Numbered from the stretch's first letter, positions 8,049 through 17,836 are shown. The stretch: DNA of 64,000 nucleotides from a virus (IMGVR_UViG_3300021979_000003:1-64000); one strand, 5' to 3'. Notes: generated by a model from the letters alone, not told the origin. Program-made: numbers and translations.

Positions 8049-8846
8049 TTATGCACCCTTCATGTTATCTCCTAGTAACCCTTCTCTAGCCATACGTTTT
8101 CTAATACGCTTCTTCCAACGTTCTTTTGCCTCGTATGATAACCTTTTAAACGTTTGGCTTAAACTTGCGTTTTTTGAAAGCATTTCTTCGAAAGTTAGTT
8201 CGTTCCATATATCTGAAAATTCCTTTTTAAGTTGCTTTATGTTGTGAATCTGTGCTTCTATCTCTATGTGAGTTTCAAATGGATCGCCCTGTAGTGTCTT
8301 TTTAGTAAAAGTTCCTTGACTTAATGTTTTTGTAATATGTCTATTATGCATTATATCATCGTAATAGTGTGCTAATTCGTGATGTATCGATGCCTTGACT
8401 TTATGGCTCTTAAATTCATTTATAAATTCACCAACCCTATCATCGGATATCATGTCTTTTGCAAGACTTTCGATAGAATCATATCGATGTGCGTATTGTA
8501 CTAAAATGTCATATGCATCACTATTGATGTTTAGAAATATTCTTGCTGGATGTGTACCAGTTGAGGGACTGTAGGCGTTCCCTCTGGATGAATCAAAAAC
8601 ATGTATTTTCACAGGCTCCATTTCATTTGCTTGAATGAGTTCTTTAGATTGCACCACGCCGTTTTTGATCAACCCATTCATAGAGAACGTCCCTGAAGAA
8701 AATTGTTCCATCAATAAATTTGTTTTACGAATATTCATATCTTGAATATTTTCGATTACTTCTTTAAAGAAAAAATCATATATACGATCCACGTCATCGT
8801 CAATCTCTAATAGCTTTTCTTGTAAAATAATATCACTTATTCTCAT
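8049..8846 (-). CDS. late, probably virion-packaged protein with HExxH zinc-peptidase-like motif
   Basis: N-terminus MRISDIILQE; HHELAHYYD; ATAAATA at 8872-8878. Confidence 0.75.
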   Translation of the reverse strand: MRISDIILQEKLLEIDDDVDRIYDFFFKEVIENIQDMNIRKTNLLMEQFSSGTFSMNGLIKNGVVQSKELIQANEMEPVKIHVFDSSRGNAYSPSTGTHPARIFLNINSDAYDILVQYAHRYDSIESLAKDMISDDRVGEFINEFKSHKVKASIHHELAHYYDDIMHNRHITKTLSQGTFTKKTLQGDPFETHIEIEAQIHNIKQLKKEFSDIWNELTFEEMLSKNASLSQTFKRLSYEAKERWKKRIRKRMAREGLLGDNMKGA

Positions 8847-9058
8847 ATATTATGTCCTTAAAATACTATATTATTTATCCCAGAGAATATACAGATTTTG
8901 ATGGTAGAGGGGGTTGACATCAGTGAACAATCATGGTTTAATATACTTGTTTTAGGCATAGGCTGCCGCACCAAACTCCTTGGTGTATTTAACGAAGGGT
9001 CTGTTGCCGTAGACCCTTCGTTACTTTTCGAATAAAATTCTTTAATATAGGGGAGATC

Positions 9059-9313
9059 ATGGAACCTGTTGAAATAAAATTGATAGTTAATGATATTGAG
9101 TATGCAGTGACCATTAACCATATAGGTGAAATCATTGAAAATCCTGATGGTTCTGGTGATCTACCAATTGAGTATAGCAGTGTACCCGAATGTCCAGAGA
9201 AAGACAACGAAGCCATGCACGACGCGCTTACTGAATTTGTGACAATTGCTATTAAAAATGCCATTGAGGAAGCCAAGCTCAAAGAAGCACTGAAAGATAA
9301 GGACGATACATAA
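9059..9313 (+). CDS. acidic hypothetical protein
   Basis: GGGAG RBS. Confidence 0.7.
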   Translation: MEPVEIKLIVNDIEYAVTINHIGEIIENPDGSGDLPIEYSSVPECPEKDNEAMHDALTEFVTIAIKNAIEEAKLKEALKDKDDT

Positions 9314-9819
9314 TGTTTACAACTCAAAAAATTCCAGCACGAGTCGGGATGGTAAGTCTTGTTGGAATCATGATCAAAGATTATCCGGTAGGGTTCGGAA
9401 ACTACTTCAGTTTTTCTAATGGCCTACGTAGTATTAACATGTGGGCGGAAAATCTTTCACACGCCGCCCCATTGTACCTTGAAGACGGTTTAATTGAAGT
9501 TGATATATGGGAAGAAGGCAACGGCAAATGGGCGGTTGTAGTGGACCAGAGACTACCAGAAGGCTATACGTTTGACAATCCATGTTTCACTGGTTGTCGT
9601 CCACCTTCTAGAGAAATGCTTGTTAAAATGGGAGCTTATTACCGTTGGGATCAAAATGATGAGTACCGCAAGCACACTGACCCTGAAAATTGGTATGAGG
9701 AACGTGGATGGACATATCGTAATGGCATCATTAGCAAATCAACCAATACTCCATCTAGGAAACTTAAAGGGAAATGGACAATTCAAAGTTCTGATGATAT
9801 TGATGGTACGACACTATGA
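9313..9819 (+). CDS. hypothetical protein
   Basis: Stop/start overlap with neighbours. Confidence 0.75.
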   Translation: MFTTQKIPARVGMVSLVGIMIKDYPVGFGNYFSFSNGLRSINMWAENLSHAAPLYLEDGLIEVDIWEEGNGKWAVVVDQRLPEGYTFDNPCFTGCRPPSREMLVKMGAYYRWDQNDEYRKHTDPENWYEERGWTYRNGIISKSTNTPSRKLKGKWTIQSSDDIDGTTL

Positions 9820-10055
9820 ATGAGGATCATAAAATGACAATTCAAGAATCTGCTGATTTAATGAAAAGAATGTCTAAGCTATTGAAAGAGACATATTGTG
9901 ACCTTATGATTTTTGATAGCACTTATCAAATTACTGATATTGATAAGGAAGAATCGTATAATTTTAAAAGCCCTGAAAAAGCACTACAGTATCTAGAAAA
10001 CAAAAAAGAATATATTGAAAAACAATTTATGCTGATTAATGAACATTCTTCTTGA
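9816..10055 (+). CDS. hypothetical protein
   Basis: ATGA overlap, 79 aa. Confidence 0.65.
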   Translation: MNEDHKMTIQESADLMKRMSKLLKETYCDLMIFDSTYQITDIDKEESYNFKSPEKALQYLENKKEYIEKQFMLINEHSS

Positions 10056-10084
10056 CAAAGTATAAATAACATGTAGAATGAAGT

Positions 10085-10196
10085 TAAGTAGAGCTAATTA
10101 AGATCATCCTTCTATTAAACATACTATTGGCTGAGTGAAACGATCTTTAAACTTCTCTACGCCCTATTTCAAAAGACCGCATTAGCGGTCTTTTTT
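10085..10196 (+). ncRNA. candidate small RNA (long hairpin plus terminator)
   Basis: TTGACA-16-TAGAAT promoter (10052-10079); GTAGAG/CTCTAC and TTAAGATC/GATCTTTAA helices; no ORF; next gene has its own promoter (10206-10234). Confidence 0.55.
10171..10196 (+). terminator. intrinsic terminator
   Basis: AAAAGACCGC-ATTA-GCGGTCTTTTTT. Confidence 0.9.
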
Positions 10197-10258
10197 ATTT
10201 GTCTATTGTATTTCATAACACAACCTGTTAGAATGTTTTTAAATGGTAGGAGATTGAC

Positions 10259-10462
10259 ATGGTTAAACGTGATACTAGTCCCGAAACTGCAAAAGAACAT
10301 GCAATTCATGATGTAGTTAGTGATGCGGAATTCTGCGTTCTACACTCTCCTGAGTTCTACAAAGACAAATACAATCGAATCTGTGATGATCAAGACCTTT
10401 CCGACGATTTACGACAAGCCTATATGGAAGGAATTGATTTGGGGTTTGATGAAGCACTATAA
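10259..10462 (+). CDS. small acidic hypothetical protein
   Basis: AGGAG RBS. Confidence 0.75.
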   Translation: MVKRDTSPETAKEHAIHDVVSDAEFCVLHSPEFYKDKYNRICDDQDLSDDLRQAYMEGIDLGFDEAL

Positions 10463-10482
10463 CTTTAAACGAGGATAATAGA

Positions 10483-11106
10483 ATGCGATACGTATATACT
10501 GCTGACCGTCTCAAGGACATGCTGTCTTATTACAAAGACACTCTTGAAGATATTCGCAAAAGCCTAGCTGTTGATAAAGGCGATATTGATTGTGAAGAAA
10601 TTTTCAATACCGTAAAGGATATGGTCAAAAAGTTAGAAGACCAAGCACGATATGAATATGAATACGCCCTTGAGAATACTTCTGTACCTTTCTGGAAGAA
10701 AGCGGAAGATGTTGTACCAAAACCTGCTATCTGTATTGATAGTATTATTAAGTATGTTGAAGAAAATGGTCTAGAAATTTCTGGCGCATTTCCCTATGCA
10801 GTAAGTCAGTATGAAGAAAGCATTTTTATTGATTCATCTTTTAAAATCACATCATCTGGAAATAAACATACTATCTTTCCAATTGACTCTGAATTTGAAT
10901 CAAGATCGTTTATCGTTTATCATCCAGAATCAAACACGCAACAACTACAAAAAGTTAATCAGTTGATTCATCAAATCCATCGCTATTTCGAGAAAGTTCT
11001 TGATGAAAGTATCACGCCAGACAAGTATGATCTTAATCCTGACGAACAACATGTTTTAGATATTACTGCAAAATATATCAGAGAACATAACGACAAAGAA
11101 CAATGA
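10483..11106 (+). CDS. hypothetical protein
   Basis: GAGGA RBS, 207 aa. Confidence 0.75.
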   Translation: MRYVYTADRLKDMLSYYKDTLEDIRKSLAVDKGDIDCEEIFNTVKDMVKKLEDQARYEYEYALENTSVPFWKKAEDVVPKPAICIDSIIKYVEENGLEISGAFPYAVSQYEESIFIDSSFKITSSGNKHTIFPIDSEFESRSFIVYHPESNTQQLQKVNQLIHQIHRYFEKVLDESITPDKYDLNPDEQHVLDITAKYIREHNDKEQ

Positions 11107-11498
11107 GATTTTATTCAATCCGGTCTTCAAAGATATATGAGTTTTTGATGGAGTGTGAAGATTTGGGTATTCCTTGGAATTTCATGGATACCCTTTCTGA
11201 ATGTACAAATTCTGATGCAGTTATTGAAAAACTGAACGATGGTTATGGCGATCAGTTCTTCAGTGAATTGAAAAAAATTGCAGGAAATATAAGTTATCAC
11301 TACACTGATATTCATGCATACAAAGCAACGTTCTTTTCTGAGACTATTATAAGAAGAGTGGTTGTATTCGATATCGATACAAAAGATATTAACTTACTTA
11401 AGCTGTCCAAGCCCAAGACATATAGTAAGCTGTGTGATATAAAATTTTTCGAATATAGAGTTGAAGAAGATGACGACGAAGAGATTCACGCTGATTAA
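11103..11498 (+). CDS. KLxYP-motif paralogue family member
   Basis: RRVVVFDIDTKDINLLKLSKPKTY. Confidence 0.7.
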   Translation: MRFYSIRSSKIYEFLMECEDLGIPWNFMDTLSECTNSDAVIEKLNDGYGDQFFSELKKIAGNISYHYTDIHAYKATFFSETIIRRVVVFDIDTKDINLLKLSKPKTYSKLCDIKFFEYRVEEDDDEEIHAD

Positions 11499-11835
11499 GA
11501 AGCTAGACTATCATACCATCATGAAGTTCTTAGATGCTGTAGATGCACCAGAGATAGTATCAAGAATGATTGAACTTAATGGTATTGATGTTCTGGATAT
11601 ATGGTTTGAGCGAACAGACTACCATCAACAGATTGTTGATTGTATCGCCAAAACTATGCGAATTGATGAGTATGACAGAATTGAATTTTTACCTTGTGGT
11701 ACAACATCGTTTGCTGATGAGAAAGGTATTATGTTAGTCATTCTTGTTTCAAGTGAACATTACAATCCAAATTACCTGAAGATTAAAAATAGAAACCTCT
11801 ATAATTTTATAGAGGCTTTTGGAAGATGGCGATAA
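11461..11835 (+). CDS. KLxYP-motif paralogue family member (divergent; start uncertain)
   Basis: IMLVILVSSEHYNPNYLKIKNRNLYNFI. Confidence 0.6.
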   Translation: MKKMTTKRFTLIKKLDYHTIMKFLDAVDAPEIVSRMIELNGIDVLDIWFERTDYHQQIVDCIAKTMRIDEYDRIEFLPCGTTSFADEKGIMLVILVSSEHYNPNYLKIKNRNLYNFIEAFGRWR

Positions 11836-12690
11836 TTATTTGTTTTGAGCGTACCAGTCTCTGAATTCACGAGAACTTACGTTCTTAACAATGTCTCTCT
11901 TAGTTACAAACTTTTTGGCTTCACCTTTATCACCTTCAATATAATTGTTAATGGCTTTAGCATCATATTGTATTTCCAAGGTGTTTTTTATGTAACCATA
12001 CATCTTATGTGCAGGTGTTGGTTTATCGCCGGGAACACGTGCTTGGTTTTTAACCATACCAATCATGTCATTTAAAACTTCTTTATAGATATCTGAACCT
12101 TTTAATTCTTCAACTTGAGATTTAGAAAGTTTAAACTGCTTTTCCATTTGTGGTCGATATTTACTTTCCTTTTCCTTACGTTCTTGTTCTTTCTTTTTGA
12201 TAATCGCACTGTTAACTTCTTTCTTAATGTAAGGCAGTTCTTCGAACGATCCCATAGCAGATTTATATAACGCTTCTGCTATTTCTTCTGCACTGTACTT
12301 AGGATGATATAGATCAACCCATTTGTTTATAATCGCATAAACAGTACCTGCCTGATCCAACTCTTCATGTGTCACACCACGAAGCTCTAAATCTTGCTTA
12401 GGTTCAGGCTTAGGTTCTTCTTTAGGTGGCTCTGTGACACTCTGTGCGGACTTTTGTGTCTTACCCTTCTGGGACTTCAGGTAATTGAAGAATTCACCGG
12501 GAGACGCTTTCTTAACTGCCTCCTGCTCTTCACCTTCTAATTCATTCGCCAAAGCTTTTCTTACACTGTAAAACTTATGTGATGCATTGTTGAACTCACC
12601 AGTGGTTTTACGAAACTTATCTAAAAGCTTTTGTAAAAGTTGTTCGTCGGTTTCAGTAATAATGTTTTCAACCAAGTCTAAAATCTTCAT
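11836..12690 (-). CDS. probable virion-packaged protein, N-terminal tag family
   Basis: MKILDLVENIITE; EPPKEEPKPEPK linker. Confidence 0.75.
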   Translation of the reverse strand: MKILDLVENIITETDEQLLQKLLDKFRKTTGEFNNASHKFYSVRKALANELEGEEQEAVKKASPGEFFNYLKSQKGKTQKSAQSVTEPPKEEPKPEPKQDLELRGVTHEELDQAGTVYAIINKWVDLYHPKYSAEEIAEALYKSAMGSFEELPYIKKEVNSAIIKKKEQERKEKESKYRPQMEKQFKLSKSQVEELKGSDIYKEVLNDMIGMVKNQARVPGDKPTPAHKMYGYIKNTLEIQYDAKAINNYIEGDKGEAKKFVTKRDIVKNVSSREFRDWYAQNK

Positions 12691-12698
12691 AACAATCC

Positions 12699-12956
12699 TT
12701 AAAATTCTTTTTTATATGGGCGGTAAGTTGCTCGAATCATATTGACTGATTCACTGCGTTCCATTTCAAGCGGCTTTCCAGTATTCATATCATAATACGA
12801 AAAATAAACCCTACTATGCTCAACACGGTTTATTTTTATTTTCACTTCACTATCGTCTTTATAAACCCAAGTTTCACCTTCCTGTGGTTTACGTCCAGCA
12901 AGACCTACTGTTAATGATGATAGTTCCGCTTCTGACATTAAGTCGTATATATTCAT
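12699..12956 (-). CDS. small late protein, N-terminal tag family
   Basis: MNIYDLMSE (ATG 12956, GGAG RBS); ATAAATA on minus strand at 12978-12984. Confidence 0.7.
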   Translation of the reverse strand: MNIYDLMSEAELSSLTVGLAGRKPQEGETWVYKDDSEVKIKINRVEHSRVYFSYYDMNTGKPLEMERSESVNMIRATYRPYKKEF

Positions 12957-12970
12957 AATTCTCTCCATTA

Positions 12971-12984
12971 ATAAATATATTTAT
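12971..12984. promoter_or_regulatory. bidirectional T4-like late promoter
   Basis: Perfect palindrome ATAAATATATTTAT between divergent genes; identical 14-mer at 54683-54696. Confidence 0.7.
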
Positions 12985-13005
12985 GATTATAAAAAAGGAT
13001 TACTT

Positions 13006-13575
13006 ATGAAAATTAATGAACTGTTTTTAGAAAGTGTAAGAATACCTGTAAATCAAAAGTTCGACTTTGGTGGTATTCATTATGATAATGAAAATGGAAT
13101 GGGTGCTGTACCTTTCAACAGCAATGTACTTTATGTCGGTTTCGCTGCTACTATGAGCGCTGAAGATTTTATCAGGCTGGCGGCAGAAGCTGATAGAAGT
13201 GAAGATGCTAAGAAATTTGCTGATATGATTATTGATGAGGATGCTACAATTGCTTGTCCCTTTTTACAAATAGAAGTTGAAGAAGATGAGAACGCTTCTC
13301 CAAACAACCCACAAGGAATTCGTGTACGTGGTCATGAAGGTAGAGGTAGAGCCGCAGCAATTAAAATGCTAGCAGAAGGTTATAGAAAAGAAGATCAAAA
13401 AGAACCAGTGAGCGGCGATATTATTGTACACTTTTTCCTATCTATGGGTTTACGCTCTAGGCATTTAAAAGAAGGGTTTTTTGAATACTTACAAAACAAT
13501 CCTATAATGAACGAAGGTGGGAATCCTACTGAAGTTCATATCAAAGAAATATTCCACGATCCAAATTGGAGATAA
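13006..13575 (+). CDS. late protein, N-terminal tag family; possible ParB/Srx-like domain
   Basis: MKINELFLES; P.l.i...VRGHEGRGRAAAIKML resembles the ParB-N G.hR..A motif. Confidence 0.65.
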   Translation: MKINELFLESVRIPVNQKFDFGGIHYDNENGMGAVPFNSNVLYVGFAATMSAEDFIRLAAEADRSEDAKKFADMIIDEDATIACPFLQIEVEEDENASPNNPQGIRVRGHEGRGRAAAIKMLAEGYRKEDQKEPVSGDIIVHFFLSMGLRSRHLKEGFFEYLQNNPIMNEGGNPTEVHIKEIFHDPNWR

Positions 13576-13580
13576 GGGAC

Positions 13581-14612
13581 TTATTTAGTCCCTTTCTTTT
13601 TTATATAATATTTCAATAGTTTTAGAAGTTCGTCATCATCCTCTGACCAATCACCAACACCTAAAACCGCATATTCACCTTCAGGTAACATGATTTCGGT
13701 TTTATCTTTTATTTCATCTAAGTCTTCAGTAAACTCAATACTATCCACATACAGTTGGGCATTCTTAAATACCCATTGAGCTTTATAGTTGCCTAAGTAT
13801 TCAAAAAACATTTCAGTAAGAAGCATTAATTCTTCTTCGAAAGAATCATATTCTTTACCTTCTATATCAGAAATTTTATCCATACTATATGCCATCGACA
13901 TTACATTAAACATTTCACGGAAACCTTTCTTCAATACTTCAGGCGTAATAACTTTTTCATAATCTCTTAATTCTTCTATTTCACCCGATGTAAATACGCG
14001 AATAAAAATAGTATCAATATAATTATGCATATGTTTCTTAACATATGTAGAAAACTTTGGCTTTAAAAATCCACCAAAATGTCTATGAATTCTATCAGTA
14101 ACTTCTTCTGTTTCTCTTAACTCAAAAAACAATTCAATACGTTCTGATAATCCTTCTTTGTATTCTTTAAAGTTGAATAACTTAGGACTGGTAAACATAT
14201 CATCTACTATAGTACTATAGTAGAAAAGGTAATCTTCTTTCAATGGAATAACAATCGAAGGATTGCCATATTCACTTGCTAGCGATTCACTTTTTGAAGC
14301 AAACATCATAGCTCTTACACTTACTGCCAACTCTTTTTGAGAAACTTCGTTTATTGTATTATGTATAACAAGTTGAGTATCCATAGGACGCTCACGATAC
14401 ATTATATGGTTAACTTCACCTTCTTTTAGTTTACCACCGTGGTATAAAACTGGCATATGATCTTTTATGTTTTCATAATAAGCTTCAATATCATAAGGGT
14501 CTACTTTATTAAACCATGGTTTCCAATGCATATGGAAAAACTTACTTTTAATGATACTGTCATAAAGAGTAGTAATATCTTCTTTATCTTCAAATAAATC
14601 AATTATTTTCAT
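13581..14612 (-). CDS. late protein, N-terminal tag family; ADP-ribosyltransferase-like
   Basis: MKIIDLFED; LYHG...MFAS...ASEYG; clear paralogue of 18214..19161. Confidence 0.65.
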   Translation of the reverse strand: MKIIDLFEDKEDITTLYDSIIKSKFFHMHWKPWFNKVDPYDIEAYYENIKDHMPVLYHGGKLKEGEVNHIMYRERPMDTQLVIHNTINEVSQKELAVSVRAMMFASKSESLASEYGNPSIVIPLKEDYLFYYSTIVDDMFTSPKLFNFKEYKEGLSERIELFFELRETEEVTDRIHRHFGGFLKPKFSTYVKKHMHNYIDTIFIRVFTSGEIEELRDYEKVITPEVLKKGFREMFNVMSMAYSMDKISDIEGKEYDSFEEELMLLTEMFFEYLGNYKAQWVFKNAQLYVDSIEFTEDLDEIKDKTEIMLPEGEYAVLGVGDWSEDDDELLKLLKYYIKKKGTK

Positions 14613-15031
14613 TCTATTTCCTTATGTGAGCTTCGTATAACTTGTGCATTGTTATCTTTAGCCCATTTAATTAATGGTGATATATTACCCAATTCATTAG
14701 TTTTTATTGTTCTTAGATGAGTATCCCCAACCACAATTGCTATTACATTATAATCTTTATTAATCACAGAATTTAAATGTTCTATCATCGAGGATTCACG
14801 ACTTTTAAACTGTGTGATTAAATCATCAGTATCTTTAACTTCATCTTCTAAAGGAATAACATCTGTATTGGGAAGAACTTTGTTATAGAATTCTTTATCT
14901 TCCCAATATAATTCGTGAAGAATAACATCAGGATTTAATTTAATTATTTGTTCTCTGATGTTTTCAACTTCATCACGAACAGTGTGATTCTCTCCATAAA
15001 AAACAATTTTTTTGTTATGTTTTATTTTCAT
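14609..15031 (-). CDS. TraB/TIKI/ChaN/EreA-superfamily protein
   Basis: FYGENH, LHE, RESSM, VVGDTH motif order. Confidence 0.65.
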   Translation of the reverse strand: MKIKHNKKIVFYGENHTVRDEVENIREQIIKLNPDVILHELYWEDKEFYNKVLPNTDVIPLEDEVKDTDDLITQFKSRESSMIEHLNSVINKDYNVIAIVVGDTHLRTIKTNELGNISPLIKWAKDNNAQVIRSSHKEIE

Positions 15032-15570
15032 TCCATTATTTCCTTCTTAGGATTAAGTAAAAACCACTCACCCATACTTTCACTTAATCCATTACTCTCA
15101 TGATTGTGTATCATTTCATTAATATAAAACACGCTTCCCAACTCTACGCCCTGCACTTTACCGACTGTTTGATAAATGATATCACCAAAGTAACTTGCAA
15201 CCTTCACACTGGTTGCCCATGACTGTATAGGCATGATGTGTTTGTCATCTTGAGTTTCAGTTTCTACCCCACGGTAAAATGTTTTATCCATAGGCTCAAT
15301 TCTTTTCATAATAGATACTAATGCTTTTCCTGCCTTAACGGATAAGGGTGTGTTATCATAACGATACTGTAATATTTCTTCAGTAAGCCAATCGTGTGAA
15401 GCTATTAATATTTCTGCATCATACCTATCAATTGTTGATGCATTACGTATCCTATCAAAACCTGATAGGCGTTTTATGAAATTTCTATCGTACCAATCAG
15501 GAGGGCTTGCTAGGGAATTAATGGGATCGTCTGGATTCCATTTTGATTCTATTAAGTCTAAAATTTTCAC
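15028..15570 (-). CDS. late protein, N-terminal tag family; R-S-E type ADP-ribosyltransferase-like
   Basis: MKILDLIES (GTG start); FYRG, SWATS, distal GEW; ATAAATA at 15593-15599. Confidence 0.65.
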   Translation of the reverse strand: MKILDLIESKWNPDDPINSLASPPDWYDRNFIKRLSGFDRIRNASTIDRYDAEILIASHDWLTEEILQYRYDNTPLSVKAGKALVSIMKRIEPMDKTFYRGVETETQDDKHIMPIQSWATSVKVASYFGDIIYQTVGKVQGVELGSVFYINEMIHNHESNGLSESMGEWFLLNPKKEIME

Positions 15571-15640
15571 AGTTATATCCTTTCTTTTTAATTATTTATC
15601 TTCCTTGTGAAAGCACTTTCTTTATGGTATCATCCCCATT

Positions 15641-15874
15641 ATGAAAAATATATCTTTACGAAAAGAATACTACTGGTTAGAAGTAGACCACCGGGGTAAT
15701 GTTTCCGAGCCTAGACAGGCAGGACATTTTGATGGCGGCTACTTCTATTTGAATAAGTCTGGAATCATAGAAAAACATGAAGCGCTTGATCGGCTTGAAA
15801 AGTATTATGAATCTGGTGGGACAGGACAATACATTCTTGTTGAAAAATATATGAGAGACAATGGTGGTAGATAG
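15641..15874 (+). CDS. hypothetical protein
   Basis: First gene after TTGTGA-17-TATCAT promoter. Confidence 0.6.
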   Translation: MKNISLRKEYYWLEVDHRGNVSEPRQAGHFDGGYFYLNKSGIIEKHEALDRLEKYYESGGTGQYILVEKYMRDNGGR

Positions 15875-16247
15875 AACTTTCTGTGTATATAAATCTGTTA
15901 AGTCACGACATGAATTCGTGAAGTTTCTACATGATAATATACCAGCAACCGTTAACATAAACGCCTTACTTGATAGATTGTCATATGAAACTATGGATAT
16001 TGATTTTATGAATGATGATGAGATATTTTATCTCAATACATTGTCGGTCATGCTATATGAATTTTTCATCGAGGATTTTAGAGAGTTAGAAAAATTTATC
16101 GAAGTAAATGACTCAGATTTCTTTTATTTCTTTCCGGTAGGTTTTGCAACACGAGAAATTTTTATATACTTTTACTTTGAGAGTGAAAAGAATGTTAGAA
16201 TGCTTAAACTAAAACACCCAAAGTCTATGGAGAAACTAGGAATATGA
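15861..16247 (+). CDS. KLxYP-motif paralogue family member
   Basis: REIFIYFYFESEKNVRMLKLKHP. Confidence 0.8.
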   Translation: MVVDRTFCVYKSVKSRHEFVKFLHDNIPATVNINALLDRLSYETMDIDFMNDDEIFYLNTLSVMLYEFFIEDFRELEKFIEVNDSDFFYFFPVGFATREIFIYFYFESEKNVRMLKLKHPKSMEKLGI

Positions 16248-16663
16248 GTTGGATTTATGATCATTTAAAGGAAGATGGAAAATTTAGTATCACACTCAAA
16301 CATGTCATCTTTCGCAATGAGTTTTTAGACTTTATCGCAAAACACAAGCTTCCGTCTGATTATAGAAGATTAGCAAATAGAATCGTTACTCCATATGATA
16401 GCAAAGTCGAAACTTATGATGAAATATCTGGGATGCTTCGTAAATGTGTATTGTCGAACTACGAAGGTGTTGATTGTGAACGTATCCGATTGACTCTTAA
16501 TGAGTTCGAATATATTTTCAGACCTAAGTTTATTACTAGAGAGATAACAGTGATTCTATCTTTTGAAGATAAAAGTCAGTTTAATAAGATGAAACTAAAA
16601 CATCCAGAAGTTTTTAATAATATAAAAACATATATTGTAGGTGACTTAGATGGCAATGGTTAA
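16244..16663 (+). CDS. KLxYP-motif paralogue family member
   Basis: REITVILSFEDKSQFNKMKLKHPE. Confidence 0.8.
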   Translation: MSWIYDHLKEDGKFSITLKHVIFRNEFLDFIAKHKLPSDYRRLANRIVTPYDSKVETYDEISGMLRKCVLSNYEGVDCERIRLTLNEFEYIFRPKFITREITVILSFEDKSQFNKMKLKHPEVFNNIKTYIVGDLDGNG

Positions 16664-17045
16664 TAATCTTTCAACGGGCGAAGTATACGATGATTCTTTA
16701 CATCTACAAATGAACTTAACCTTTGTTATAAAAGTGCTAAGACGACGTTATGAATTCGTCCACTACGTACAGAAGTATGTCGGTTGTGATTTTGGTACAA
16801 TATACGATATGTGTACTAAACAGCATCCTAAAGAGCTACGTGAAATGCTCAAAGGTTATGTTAAAGAGCCATACGAAAAACTAGAAGCTGAGATAACGTT
16901 GGATGAAACTCAATACGAAGAACTGTTCCCAGAAAATGCACAAAATAGAATTTTCTATGTAATAATAAGATTTGAAGACCGTGCCACTATTAATAAAATG
17001 AAACTTAAGTATCCTGAACTTATGACACAGATAGGTGTAAAATGA
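16650..17045 (+). CDS. KLxYP-motif paralogue family member
   Basis: RIFYVIIRFEDRATINKMKLKYPE. Confidence 0.8.
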   Translation: MAMVNNLSTGEVYDDSLHLQMNLTFVIKVLRRRYEFVHYVQKYVGCDFGTIYDMCTKQHPKELREMLKGYVKEPYEKLEAEITLDETQYEELFPENAQNRIFYVIIRFEDRATINKMKLKYPELMTQIGVK

Positions 17046-17449
17046 TGCCTATAGAAAAGAATGTTGTTATAACCAAAACTCGTATAGACTTTTATCAGTA
17101 TGTAGATAATAACACGGATTGGGATCATGATACTATTCTAAAAAATGTTTCCCACCGAGTCTATCATGTAAAGAAAAGAAAAGTTTTGGTTGGACTATTA
17201 AGACAGTTTGTAAAGGAAGAGTATAAGACTCTTAGTGATGAAGAAGGTGTGAAGACCGTATTAGATGATGACGAATATGATCAAATCTTTCCACCCACGG
17301 CTGGCGTAAGGCCATTTCATATAAAGATTGTTTTTGAAAGCAAAGAAGTATTAAATAAAATGAAATTAAAGCATCCTGTTATGATGTCAAACCTTAAAGA
17401 TGTTCAAGATGAAATCATAGAACCCGATGATTTACCATGCTCATTTTAA
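17042..17449 (+). CDS. KLxYP-motif paralogue family member
   Basis: RPFHIKIVFESKEVLNKMKLKHP. Confidence 0.8.
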   Translation: MMPIEKNVVITKTRIDFYQYVDNNTDWDHDTILKNVSHRVYHVKKRKVLVGLLRQFVKEEYKTLSDEEGVKTVLDDDEYDQIFPPTAGVRPFHIKIVFESKEVLNKMKLKHPVMMSNLKDVQDEIIEPDDLPCSF

Positions 17450-17458
17450 GGATATTAT

Positions 17459-17836
17459 ATGAATTATATCTATGTCCACACAGTAAGATTATGTTATATT
17501 GATATCTTTGACGAAATTAATCGTTCTGTTAAAACTTGGTCTGAAAAAGAAAGATTGTTTGACCTTACAAAACATTATGATATCGATGATAACAATAAGG
17601 GTAAAAGAAAGATTCTTAATATTATCCGGCGGTGTGTATTGAATAATTTCCCGCCTTATGAAGATATAAAACACATGATAGAGCTTGTCGATTTAGAGTA
17701 CAAATATACGTTCGATGGTTCCGCATATAGAGATTTTACTGTCATTATTAATGTGGGTGATAAAAACGATGTACGTAAATTTAAATTAAAATATCCCAAA
17801 TGGCATGAGTACTTAAGTAATGATAGAACTATATGA
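17459..17836 (+). CDS. KLxYP-motif paralogue family member
   Basis: RDFTVIINVGDKNDVRKFKLKYP. Confidence 0.8.
   Translation: MNYIYVHTVRLCYIDIFDEINRSVKTWSEKERLFDLTKHYDIDDNNKGKRKILNIIRRCVLNNFPPYEDIKHMIELVDLEYKYTFDGSAYRDFTVIINVGDKNDVRKFKLKYPKWHEYLSNDRTI

Noticed and set aside
10098-10150. Hammerhead-like words (CTGA...GAAAC, ATC) in the small RNA
   Set aside because: No stem II between CUGA and GAAA, CUGANGA is not intact, and stem I is absent
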